Positions 1-9,831 of a DNA stretch of 59,332 bases are shown here, piece by piece (position 1 is the stretch's first letter; each line of letters opens with the position of its first letter). The stretch lies in IMG/VR virus record IMGVR_UViG_3300031974_005002, positions 1 to 59,332 of that record. One strand, written 5' to 3'. Made by a program: the position numbers and the translations under genes. The notes under the pieces were generated by a model. The model was not told where the DNA came from. It ran no database searches and worked only from the letters and a program-made list of their open reading frames with translations. Source of the stretch: a virus. Lineage: Duplodnaviria; Caudoviricetes.

Positions 1-129
1 AGACATGGTATTTGTCATTTGGCTCATCCGATTGGACTCTACCATCCCCACCACAGGGATCTGCATACCTTAGCCCGCTCACGACAGGCTTGTTCGGTCA
101 CCCACAGGAGATCTCCGTCGAGAATCTCC
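1..129 (-). ncRNA. Putative structured non-coding RNA, truncated by the window edge
   Basis: GC-rich island with no tracked ORF in an AT-rich genome. Minus-strand hairpins GGAGAU(U)CUC-GACG-GAGAUCUCC, AGCCUG-UCGUGAG-CGGGCU and AUCCCU-GUGGU-GGGGAU, plus a possible closing stem GGUAU/AUACC. Confidence 0.5.
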
Positions 130-138
130 AAAGTATTA

Positions 139-277
139 TTTAATTGGGATGGTGTCAAGAACTCTTATTTAAAAGAATGAATAGTGGAATCCCAACTAAA
201 CTTAAAATTTAATGTAATTAAAATGACTTTCAGAACTCTTATTTAAAAGAGTGAGAGTAAGAATCTCAACTACATTA
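139..277 (-). ncRNA. Dual-variable-loop hairpin array 1 (2 units; TIGR-like guide RNA candidate)
   Basis: Units 139-200 and 210-277: outer stem, UC-N6-UC, 5-bp stem, UUUAAAUA loop, stem, UC-N6-(U/C)C, outer stem. Same grammar as 28947-29133. Confidence 0.8.
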
Positions 278-365
278 TTAAACTATTAAAGAACAAAAAT
301 TCTGAGGCAATTTTATTTATTTGAGTCGCCTCTTCTCAATGTGCCAAAATATAAATTATGTAAAC

Positions 366-394
366 ATTATACTAAACTTTTCCTTATTTGTCAA
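366..394 (-). promoter_or_regulatory. Perfect sigma70-type promoter driving a non-coding transcript (array 1)
   Basis: TTGACA (394-389), 17 nt, TATAAT (371-366); no tracked ORF downstream within the window. Confidence 0.85.
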
Positions 395-402
395 GTCTTT
401 TT

Positions 403-735
403 TTAGTTATGCATATATTTTTTTCTAGTGTCATCATTACTAATAAGAGACTCACAATCTTCAACTAATTGTAACACTATACCTCTGATTATAGATCTCT
501 TTTCTTTATTTGAGCAGTTATTTTCTGATAACGAGCTATCAAGGAATATAAGTTCTCTTATTTTATTAATATATGCTAGCGCAGTTTCAGATCTAATATC
601 ATCTTGTACTTCCAACGGAAGATCTAATGAAATAGATAGTTGATGTGTTTCGTATAGCTCATCAATTGATTTTTGATCTACCGCCTCAAGAAAAGCTCTA
701 TTTATACCATTTTTAATTTCTTTATATTTACTCAT
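403..735 (-). CDS. Hypothetical protein
   Basis: 110-aa ORF, co-oriented with neighbours. Confidence 0.7.
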   Translation of the reverse strand: MSKYKEIKNGINRAFLEAVDQKSIDELYETHQLSISLDLPLEVQDDIRSETALAYINKIRELIFLDSSLSENNCSNKEKRSIIRGIVLQLVEDCESLISNDDTRKKYMHN

Positions 736-830
736 AATTTATTTCTTCCATGGTTTATAATCTTTATTCCATACAAGTATATTTATTGATTGTCCTGTAT
801 ATTTAAAGTTATTATTGTAATTATATTTAT

Positions 831-1070
831 TCATTTATTTAATTTCCTGCACTCTCTTAGTAATTCTTTTATCTTGAACCAACTTTTATCAGCAGGAAAT
901 AATTCTGCATGATAATCGCTTTGAGTAGACCGATATAAATCATCGGCAAATTCTTCAATTTTAACTAATTTAATTAGCATTAATTCCTGTTTAGTTAATT
1001 TGTCTTCTAACTCTGCGTCAGATGCAAACATACTTACTTTGTCGTTGATTGGTTTGATTGATGCGTCCAT
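831..1070 (-). CDS. Hypothetical protein
   Basis: 79-aa ORF whose start overlaps the upstream stop. Confidence 0.7.
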   Translation of the reverse strand: MDASIKPINDKVSMFASDAELEDKLTKQELMLIKLVKIEEFADDLYRSTQSDYHAELFPADKSWFKIKELLRECRKLNK

Positions 1071-1261
1071 TATGCTACCCCCTTTGCTTTTTTATTGAAC
1101 AAAATTTTTTGCAGTTTTAAATCTGCCTGTCTTTGTTGGGCAATAATACCTTCTGCAACTTCGTTATAACCTAAGAACCTACGAGTGAACGCAAAGGGGT
1201 CGTTGCCTTTTACTTTGTTCATTACTGCTGTTGCTCTTGCGCATTTTGCTATGTTTGCCAT
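1070..1261 (-). CDS. Hypothetical protein
   Basis: 63-aa ORF with AAGGA Shine-Dalgarno; TTGACA promoter near 1320. Confidence 0.75.
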   Translation of the reverse strand: MANIAKCARATAVMNKVKGNDPFAFTRRFLGYNEVAEGIIAQQRQADLKLQKILFNKKAKGVA

Positions 1262-1280
1262 TGTTTTCCTTTCGTTGTGA

Positions 1281-1481
1281 TTAATAATATGTAGCTAGTA
1301 TGTCAGATTCTGCTTCACTTGTCAAGCATCTTTTATCATAATTAAAACAGGTAGGGCAAATTTTGTTTCTCCAAACAGGCAGATCCCTGCCACAATCACA
1401 CAGGAATCCACCCATAATCTGTGTTTTTTGAGAACAACCCCCTAGTAATATTAAACTTAATAAGATAATTTTGTTTTTCAT
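1281..1481 (-). CDS. Small Cys-rich putative lipoprotein
   Basis: Start revised to MKNKIILLSLILLGGC (lipobox-like), 7 nt after a TTGACA-N17-TAATGT promoter. Confidence 0.55.
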   Translation of the reverse strand: MKNKIILLSLILLGGCSQKTQIMGGFLCDCGRDLPVWRNKICPTCFNYDKRCLTSEAESDILATYY

Positions 1482-1651
1482 GTTATTTACATTAATATAG
1501 TTTTCTTTATTTGTCAAGATAAATATTAAGAGTGTTAAATGAAGGGACACAAAACAACAAAAAGCCCTCGCCCTGCGACATCCACAGGTTCTATGCCTCT
1601 TAATATAAATTGATTAAATTTTTTATGTAATTATTTGGTGTATTTTAATTC

Positions 1652-1972
1652 GTGAATAAATATGAAAAGAAAATCGTATTGGATTATTTGCATCATATCA
1701 ATCCGCAAAAGGGGTTTTTAAAGAAAATAATTTCCAAATCAAAAGCAATTATATTATTTAATGATATGTCATTACATGATAGAAAATTAATTTTAGAAAA
1801 AATTGTCATTGATTATTTGTCTCTTGAGCTTTCGGGTTCTATGACTGCATTCTATGTAAATGGAACACCATTAAAAAGATTGTACAGGTTAAGAGAAATT
1901 GCATATTATAAGTATTTAAATATGAATCAAGAAGAGCGCGATTTTATTTACAAAAATATTTTATCTAATTAA
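1652..1972 (+). CDS. Hypothetical protein
   Basis: 106-aa ORF, GTG start preceded by the GTGTA motif at 1638. Confidence 0.6.
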   Translation: MNKYEKKIVLDYLHHINPQKGFLKKIISKSKAIILFNDMSLHDRKLILEKIVIDYLSLELSGSMTAFYVNGTPLKRLYRLREIAYYKYLNMNQEERDFIYKNILSN

Positions 1973-2328
1973 TTACTTTTATTATTCCAAGAAATATATT
2001 CTGCATTAGGATTAGTTGGTTGATTCCTGTTTTGTTTTCTGATTAGTTCTTTATCCTGCATTGTATCATTAATATAATACTTATTTGTAAATATATCTTT
2101 TACATTTTTACCATTATTTGTTATTTGGTTTAATTCTTCTTTGATCCTGTCTACCATTTCTTCCACAATATCAAGCGCTTCCTGCTTTGTGGTCGCCTTG
2201 CCTGTTTGCATATTATTTAGCTTAACATCATCAGTAAGGTCGGCATTCATTCTTTTTATTTCAGATCGAATGTCTAGTATTTGATCAAGTCTTTCGTTTA
2301 TTTCTTTTGCTAGGCTTTTGTCTTTCAT
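1969..2328 (-). CDS. Hypothetical coiled-coil protein
   Basis: The ORF-track start is the TTG of a TTGACA box; real start likely MKDKS at 2328. Confidence 0.65.
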   Translation of the reverse strand: MKDKSLAKEINERLDQILDIRSEIKRMNADLTDDVKLNNMQTGKATTKQEALDIVEEMVDRIKEELNQITNNGKNVKDIFTNKYYINDTMQDKELIRKQNRNQPTNPNAEYISWNNKSN

Positions 2329-2629
2329 GTTTAATACTATACTATATATATTGTTATTTGTCAAGAATAAAAAAAGCGGGCGAAATTATTAATAAAAATA
2401 TTTAATGTATTTATGTATTTATTTATTTGCATTAAAAGGCGGAAATAAAACAATTAAATTATTTAATGAATTATTTTCGGGGTGAAACATATTCGCTATC
2501 GCTCTAATATTATTTGGCTCATTATCAATCCAATATAAATCTTTTACAATATATGCCCCCATTATCTCCTTAAAGGTCGTATCCATGTGTTCCTCAACGA
2601 ATTTTACGCTCTCTTCTTCTATGTCCATA

Positions 2630-3290
2630 ATGTACCATATTATACAAGAATAAATGAAAACTTTCCAAAAGTAAAATAAATAGCTATAATTAGCCCAAAA
2701 TAATTGAATTAAATTTATTACTTTATTATTTGCGAACTTATAAAAAAGCGGGGCAATATTTATGTATTTATTTATTTACATATTTAAATTAATCGGGGCG
2801 CTAATAATTTATTTATTTATTTTATTTATTTAATTAAAGAATAGGATATCCAAATCTGTTTCTGCGAGTTTTATTTGAGCTTTTTTTCTTCTCTTTTATT
2901 TTATTTACTTTATTAAAATTTATTAATGTTTTTATTTTATTATATATATTAGAAATTATTAATATTATTTTATTCATTATTTACCTTTGATTTATGTTTA
3001 AATTTTTTGTTTTTAATTTGCGATCCAATCGTCTTGGCGAATTTTTTTAATTTGTATAAATATTTTATATAATTAAGTCGGGTACTACACAATCAACCAT
3101 TTATCTACATACTTACTTTATATATTTTTTTCTTTATTTATTTACATTTAGGTTATTATTCATATTAAAAGCATGAACATTTCCTTAATTAGTGTATTTA
3201 GTTATTTATGTATATACTCTACTATATTATTAGTATACTTGGTATAGATATGATTTATAAGTTATATTGTGAGTTATTTAGAAATTATAA
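2630..3290. other. Long, extremely AT-rich intergenic region
   Basis: No ORF of 60 aa or more; repeated TTTATTTA runs and AAAAAAGCGGG motifs (about 2370 and 2742). Confidence 0.6.
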
Positions 3291-3478
3291 TTTTAGTTGG
3301 ATTCAAATTCATTTAAAAGAATGTATTGGAAATCCGATTTTTGTTTAGCGAGGAAGTTATTGATATATTCGGCTTCACCTTCCGAAAGCGCCACAATTAT
3401 CTTGTCGTCTGAATCGGGCAAACTTCCGTCTTTATTGACATAAATATATTCGTACTCAATAACTTCCTCGCTCATATA

Positions 3479-4612
3479 TTAACCTATAACTCTTAATTGA
3501 CTTATTGTTAAATCATCATTCTCTTCTAATTCATACCCCAAATCTAATAACAATTCAAAAGTTTTGGCGCAAGTCATTTTAGAATCTCGACAAATTTTTA
3601 AAGAATTAACATGATTAATAGTAACATTTTCTTCGTTATCTAATTTTCTTTGTACATAATCATCTACCATTTCACGAAGATCATCTTTTTCAGTTTGATC
3701 CATATCATGGTCATCATTATCAGAACCCTCTAAAAAATTATCTATATCTTCATCAAGTTCGTCAAGATAATCATTTTCTTCGTCATAATCACCGCAATCA
3801 CCATCATCATCTGATCCGTAAATAGGCTTATTAGCCTCGTAGACAGGCTTATTTAACTCTTTTCTAGTGTCAGTAATATCAGAGATCACCTTGTACTTAG
3901 AAACCCTAAGTTTTTGAAAATCGCAATCAGTTGGAACTGAAACTGCATCTTGGGGATCAAATTCAACAAGAAGCAAGCGACCATCTGAACCTGCCCAATT
4001 ATTGGCATAATCATAACTACCAACATGAAGACCAAAAGAACAATGATTGTCCTTGTTATCGTCAACGCATCTACGAGCAACTTCAATAGTTGCACCAACT
4101 TCATTAAGAATTTGATGCCTTTCGTTGGTTTTTCCTTGAACAACGATAGTATCAGCATTACCTGTTGAACTCCAAAAATTGCCTTGAACACCTTTGTACC
4201 CAAGAACCATACCATCGTGAGTTGTAGCAAGAGACTTGTAACTCAAGAAAGAATATAACTCATTTACCGAATTGGCGCTTGGATTAGCTTGCAATCTAGT
4301 AATAAAGTTTACTAATGGAGCAGAATCCTTCATTCCTGCACGAAGCATCTCAAGCAATTTGTCAACAACAACCCCATGAAGACGATGACCTTTGTAGTAA
4401 ACTACTTCATCTTTTACTTCGATGTCGCCTTCTACAAAGTTTTCGACTGACTTGGTAATATCTATAAGACTCTCTAAGTCATCGTATCTTGCATCAAGGA
4501 TTGCTTGACGAGCAAGTTTGAAATTAGGATGGTCACTACGAAGAGTGTAAGGTTTGCCATCCCAAAAGATTGTTAATGAATTATCGCTAAGATTATATGG
4601 TACTTGTTTCAT
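3479..4612 (-). CDS. rIIB: RIIB lysis-inhibition/exclusion-protection protein
   Basis: CSFGLHVG, VEFDPQDAVSVPTD and KLRVSKYKV motifs; directly downstream of rIIA. Confidence 0.88.
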   Translation of the reverse strand: MKQVPYNLSDNSLTIFWDGKPYTLRSDHPNFKLARQAILDARYDDLESLIDITKSVENFVEGDIEVKDEVVYYKGHRLHGVVVDKLLEMLRAGMKDSAPLVNFITRLQANPSANSVNELYSFLSYKSLATTHDGMVLGYKGVQGNFWSSTGNADTIVVQGKTNERHQILNEVGATIEVARRCVDDNKDNHCSFGLHVGSYDYANNWAGSDGRLLLVEFDPQDAVSVPTDCDFQKLRVSKYKVISDITDTRKELNKPVYEANKPIYGSDDDGDCGDYDEENDYLDELDEDIDNFLEGSDNDDHDMDQTEKDDLREMVDDYVQRKLDNEENVTINHVNSLKICRDSKMTCAKTFELLLDLGYELEENDDLTISQLRVIG

Positions 4613-4699
4613 AATTGTTTTTTTGTTTTACTTAATTAATAATATAAAGACTATAATGTTTTTTCTATGATTTGTCAAGAGTTTTTTTTAAAAAGTTTA

Positions 4700-4727
4700 G
4701 GAGAGGGGATCACAACTCCCCCTCTCC
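4700..4727 (-). terminator. Hairpin terminator at the end of rIIA
   Basis: GGAGAGGGG...CCCCTCTCC inverted repeat followed on the minus strand by a U-rich tract; a new TTGACA promoter for rIIB follows at about 4678. Confidence 0.6.
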
Positions 4728-6989
4728 CATTGCGTTGTCGCATAAGGAAATATATTGTTGAATGTTTTTTAGCAAATCATTTTTCTCGAAAGAATGCCAA
4801 GAAGAATAAGATTCACCAATATTCACTAGCAAAGGATATTTTTTAACAACCAAATTTAAATTATCAATTAATTCTTTAGTTGTGAATAGAACCTTGAGAT
4901 TTGATTCAAGCCAATCCTTATCAAATATTTTTATATAATTTATGAAATGAAGAGAATGTAAATCTTGAGTATCGTGATATGTACGAAAATCTTCACAAAC
5001 AGAATTAAGAAAATCATTAGTAGAATTAACTTTAAAAGAATTTTTGTGCATTAAATTTCCAATATGTCTACGAAATGACATTAATTCATTACTCTGATCT
5101 AATGATTCTTTTGTATATACTCTACTTGAGAGATCAATATTGGACAACAAATACTTTTTAGTATATTCCATGTAGAAATCGTGAAAAGAAATCCATAGAG
5201 ATTTGTCCAATTTCTTAGAATCAGTTGTACGAACACCATATAAATCAAAAGATTTTTTATTGGAATCAGATTGCATTTTGTTTAGCATTTTCATTTTAGA
5301 GAAAATATTATCAAGCTCAAATTCTTTAAAATCAATCTTATAATTTTTTATTGGAATATAAATTAACTTACTTTTATAAGTTCCATTCATATCTTTTGTG
5401 TCTACAATTTCTTGTTCAACATTTTCCCAATAATCAATATTGCGAGTTTGGTAACTAACTTTGTCAAGTCTCATTTTAAATAGCTTGACTTTTGCTCGAC
5501 TACCATTTGACTTACGCACTCCACTAAATTGAGGTTTTTCTTTGTCAACTTTAGAAGTGTAACGAATGTGTTTCTTGTCGATTGAATCAAAGTGCCATTC
5601 TTTTGCCATGTAATCTTCTGCATCTTGAGTCATAGCATTGATGATATAAACTTTTTTCAATGCAGGATTTTCATTCATCAAGGTTCTGACCCTCAAATTG
5701 TTACCATGAGAGGATTGCAAATCTTGAATTAAGTACAAAGAGTCATCTTCACAAAATAAACGATTGTCTCTTCTTGAAAGAATTTTGAATCCATTTCTTG
5801 AACTTGCATCATTTTCTTTGGAACTGCAAGTTATTGATAATGTTTCATTATAATTGTAATCTCTATGAAAATGAGGTGATTCAATTTTAATACCATTCCA
5901 TTCAAAAGAATTTTTAAAAATGTCTTGCACGGAATATGGTAAAGAATTAATAACTCTAGCATAATTTCTTTTAGCATCAAATAAATCTTCTGAATCAGCA
6001 AGTTTGCGCTTGGCAATTTTTTGCATAGAATTAGCAACAACTAAAAGATGTTTTACAAGTTCTTTTTGTGTTGACTTATTGTACTCTAGTGATTCTCTGC
6101 TATGATGCAAGCGAACAGAACCAAGAGGAACACGAAGATAAAAGTTGGAAGAACTAATTAAAGATTTAATTACTTTAATTTTTGATTCATCTTTAATAAA
6201 GTTGCCAACATTAATTGCACTAGCATCCAATGGGTAAGCAACCCTACCCATAATTACATGAGCAGAATAATCTCTGCCATAACCATACATACGACTCTCA
6301 CTTTCGATAAAAAACCATGAATCATCATCTGCGCTAAAAGAGTATTCAACATCTTTAATGAAGTTTTCTTCAACACCTACAAATTTAGGCATTTCATTAC
6401 TTGGAAAGAATTTAAAGAATTTTTGCGTAATGTTTCTAAATTCATCTTTGTCTGCATCTGAAACTGCAACTTCAATACACAAACCGCTTGGTTCATTACT
6501 AGGTTCGGGTTCGCATAATCTAACGATTTTAGTGTCATCATTTTCATCGACAAAAATATTGTATGAAGTTTTTAATCCACCATTGTACGAAACACAAGTA
6601 AAGTTATCTCCATAAGATAATGGCGCAAACTTACCAATACCAAAAGCGCCAATATAATTGTTTGATGTGCGCTTGGTTGACTTGCCATACTTTGAGTAAA
6701 GATTGAATACATCTTCTTGACTAAGTCCACCCCCAAAGTCACGAACTGAAAAAGTTGGATTCATGCTAGTTGGTAGCTTGATCTCGATTGGACGATTTGA
6801 ATTTGCTTCAAGGTTCGCATCAAGAGCATTGGCGCTAATTTCTCTAACAACTGCAAGGCGAGTGTTAGAATAGTTGTTTCGTAGCAAAGATGCTACATAA
6901 CGCATATCTTCTGCATCAATAGTGCAGTTGACTTGCTCGAAGTCGTGTGATTGAATAACTTTTTTGTTTTTGTTTTCTGTGATTATCAT
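4710..6989 (-). CDS. rIIA: RIIA protein (N-terminal GHKL/HATPase domain)
   Basis: YSNTRLAVVREISANALDA, VRDFGGGLS, STKRTSN..IGAFGIGK motifs; start revised to MIITENK with AAGGA SD. Confidence 0.9.
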   Translation of the reverse strand: MIITENKNKKVIQSHDFEQVNCTIDAEDMRYVASLLRNNYSNTRLAVVREISANALDANLEANSNRPIEIKLPTSMNPTFSVRDFGGGLSQEDVFNLYSKYGKSTKRTSNNYIGAFGIGKFAPLSYGDNFTCVSYNGGLKTSYNIFVDENDDTKIVRLCEPEPSNEPSGLCIEVAVSDADKDEFRNITQKFFKFFPSNEMPKFVGVEENFIKDVEYSFSADDDSWFFIESESRMYGYGRDYSAHVIMGRVAYPLDASAINVGNFIKDESKIKVIKSLISSSNFYLRVPLGSVRLHHSRESLEYNKSTQKELVKHLLVVANSMQKIAKRKLADSEDLFDAKRNYARVINSLPYSVQDIFKNSFEWNGIKIESPHFHRDYNYNETLSITCSSKENDASSRNGFKILSRRDNRLFCEDDSLYLIQDLQSSHGNNLRVRTLMNENPALKKVYIINAMTQDAEDYMAKEWHFDSIDKKHIRYTSKVDKEKPQFSGVRKSNGSRAKVKLFKMRLDKVSYQTRNIDYWENVEQEIVDTKDMNGTYKSKLIYIPIKNYKIDFKEFELDNIFSKMKMLNKMQSDSNKKSFDLYGVRTTDSKKLDKSLWISFHDFYMEYTKKYLLSNIDLSSRVYTKESLDQSNELMSFRRHIGNLMHKNSFKVNSTNDFLNSVCEDFRTYHDTQDLHSLHFINYIKIFDKDWLESNLKVLFTTKELIDNLNLVVKKYPLLVNIGESYSSWHSFEKNDLLKNIQQYISLCDNAMGEGEL

Positions 6990-7201
6990 TGTTTTTCCTT
7001 GTGTGTGATTTAAATTATGATTGTAGTATGACAAATGTTTTTAATAATGTCAACACTTTTTTTAAGAAAATTGTTTTGCCACTCTTAATAAGTGATTTAA
7101 GCAAGCTATTTCTAATATGTGCATTTGTTCTTCTTCTTGTGTTGTCATTGGATAATTTTTAATCTCTAAAATTTTTTGTTCAATTAATTCTATTACTTCT
7201 T

Positions 7202-8563
7202 TCATTTGCTTCCCCCATTAATATTTTCTAATTTATTATGCTCTACTTCTCTAAGTTTACTTGATTTAATTTCTTCTTCAATTAAATTGTGAATATTAGT
7301 TGTATCTTCTATTGCAGTATGGAAATACAAATCAATAAGATCAGCAATTTGATCTACACACTCATACAAGCGATATTGATGTCCACCATTTTGTGGAACT
7401 TTAAATTTAATTTCTTCTGTAATGTAATTCATTATGCGATTTGGCAAAATTCATTTAAATAAATTCCTTCTTGAATTAATTCGTCTTCTGTGAACTCCCT
7501 TGGCTCTTCCCATTCTTCATCTTGTAGCCAATAAGTTCCTGTGAAATTATCGTATTGTAGTTTATTAATATTGTTTTCTATGTAATCGTTCATGGTTGTA
7601 ACTTTATACTATGTGTGATATTGTGTCAAGGTTTTTTTCGCAATCGTCAATTAAATTTTCTAAATCTGATTCTGAATAGTGTGCGTATGGTTGTATATCT
7701 GATGATCTGCCATCAAGATAAGTTGCTCCACCTACTCCATCATTCAATACTCTTACTCCACGAACATCTGTTTCGCATGAGTAACCAACACCATGATTAG
7801 TTTCAAAATATCTTACTTTAATTACTTTCATAATTCTAATTTTAATTTTTCTTTTAATTCTTTTATTTTATATATTCTCTTTCTTGTAAGTATTCTTTGA
7901 AATTAACTTTAAACTCTGCCAACCAATTAGGGCATTCCTCTGCAATCTCTGCGACTATTTGCCAAGGATCACCTATATAATTGTCAATGTCAACATCATA
8001 ATAGAATTTTATTTGAGATTCTAAGTCCATGTCTTTTGTCCACTCTTCGTATGTTGGTAATTCTTCCATGTATTTATTTAAGTTGTTTTTGCATGATATG
8101 TCAAGCATAATTATAATTCTTTAATAAAAACTTTGTATTTAACTCTCAAAACTATTGTTCTGCATCTTTTATCATGCGATTTTAGTTCTTAAAAATTTTG
8201 AGTTCATTAAATTTGCAGAGATAACCTTATCTTTCATTAATAAAATTAGATATTCAGAAGCAAAATGTTTTAATTCTTCTTGATTCATATTGTTTATTAG
8301 TTCTTTTACGAATTGGTTTTCTTGATCGGTCATTGTAGTCTGCCCCCTGCATCTAATACATTGCGAAGACAACTTGATTGACCTGCTCTTGCAGTAACTT
8401 TCTTGGCATGAGCAAACGCACTAGGGTCATTAAATGTCTGCATGACCATAGTAGATTTGTCAAGATAGACATTAAGACCCTTCTTGGGGATCGAGTTTGC
8501 TATCTTTTCTGCGCTTTTAATTGATTGTTGTATGTCTGCTAAGAATGCTTGTGCCGTATTCAT
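7202..8563 (-). other. Cluster of small early hypothetical ORFs (7202-7447, 7604-7831, 7863-8108, 8172-8372, 8330-8563)
   Basis: Co-oriented 60-80 aa ORFs with interspersed TTGACA promoters. Confidence 0.6.
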
Positions 8564-8587
8564 AATTTTCCTTATATTTAATGTTAA

Positions 8588-8995
8588 TTAATACCAACAA
8601 CTATAAAAGACTCGATAACCTTTGTCAAGCATTTTATGAGCCTCTTTGACAAAAGCTAAATCAGAACTCTTGTACCAATATTCATTATCGGGATATGGTT
8701 CGTCATTTTCATCTGTCCAAAAATATGAATCACTACCCCAAAAGAATCCATTTGATTCGGGCAAATCAAAATTCACAATATCATCTTTAAGATTATAAAT
8801 ATCTGCCTTAGTTAGTTGCAACTCAACACAATTAAAATCACCATCTTCATTGGCATTTGGACAACCCTTAGATTCCCATAATTGTTGCATCCAACCTTGC
8901 AAGCGATTGTGTTTGCGCCATTCTCCAATTTGTACATCGTCATCACTATTTCTCTTGCGAGGTGGACGAGCATAAGCATACATATCTAATCCCAT
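8588..8995 (-). CDS. Conserved phage hypothetical protein (MGLD...WRK..GFFWG..Y.CWY type)
   Basis: Motif pattern familiar from phage early genes; GGAG SD. Confidence 0.7.
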   Translation of the reverse strand: MGLDMYAYARPPRKRNSDDDVQIGEWRKHNRLQGWMQQLWESKGCPNANEDGDFNCVELQLTKADIYNLKDDIVNFDLPESNGFFWGSDSYFWTDENDEPYPDNEYWYKSSDLAFVKEAHKMLDKGYRVFYSCWY

Positions 8996-9296
8996 AATAT
9001 TTTCTCCTTATTTATTTTTGCGAGAATTGATTTTCTCTGCAAATGTTCTTGTGTTGTGTTTAAGATAGACTTTATTGCCATCTTTGTCAAGTTTATTTAG
9101 TGCAACCGCAAACCCTAATTGTTTTAAAGAGTCAAGATCAACTCCATCAAGACTTTTTTTGCGAGTCATATTATTGATAGCTAAAGCATGAACAGAAGTT
9201 ACGACATAAAGTGGTTCTGCTCTATTCCTTAGAATTTTTGGTTCAACTAAAATTTCGTCTTTCATAATTGTACATTAAAGTAAAAATAAAAAGTTG

Positions 9297-9800
9297 TCAA
9301 GCACTAAATATTTCATTTAGTAATGCTTTTGTTGCACGATCTATTTTTTTTTGTTTCTCGCTAACAAATAAACCAACATGGCATTTTGGGCAAGAGTATG
9401 TTCTGTTTTTTCTCAACCTATGTTTTCTGAAAGTCAAACCACAACAAGTGTCAACATACTTGTGATGATTTTTTGGTCTATTTAAATCTGCTTTTGTGCA
9501 AGCCTTTGGTATTGCGCCAATTTCTCTGCAAACTTTTTTCCACAAAAAACCATGACCAATGCTTTGAGAACCATAACGCTCATAAGCTAACGCATGGGCG
9601 ATTTCGTGAAGAATAGTATCCTTAACATCTGCTAAATCATTTAATTCAACATACCATTTAGATAATCTAATTTCTCTCGAATTATAACTACAAGTTCCAA
9701 GTGAGCGCTTTTTATTTTGCCAACGAAATGTCCACCCCCTAGACAAACCATGTTCGTGCATTAATACATGAGTGAGTGCTGATGCTTTTTTTAATTCCAT
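9297..9800 (-). CDS. SprT-like zinc metalloprotease
   Basis: TILHEIAHA (HExxH), HG..WK and C-terminal CC/CPKC zinc ribbon. Confidence 0.88.
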   Translation of the reverse strand: MELKKASALTHVLMHEHGLSRGWTFRWQNKKRSLGTCSYNSREIRLSKWYVELNDLADVKDTILHEIAHALAYERYGSQSIGHGFLWKKVCREIGAIPKACTKADLNRPKNHHKYVDTCCGLTFRKHRLRKNRTYSCPKCHVGLFVSEKQKKIDRATKALLNEIFSA

Positions 9801-9831
9801 ATCAGCACACTAATGTAAAAATTAAATTATG

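Noticed and set aside
60-125. HDV-like/theta ribozyme or tRNA
   Set aside because: A UCCUGUG loop and CUAA after a hairpin are suggestive, but I could not build P1, P1.1 or P2, and no cloverleaf or T-loop is present.
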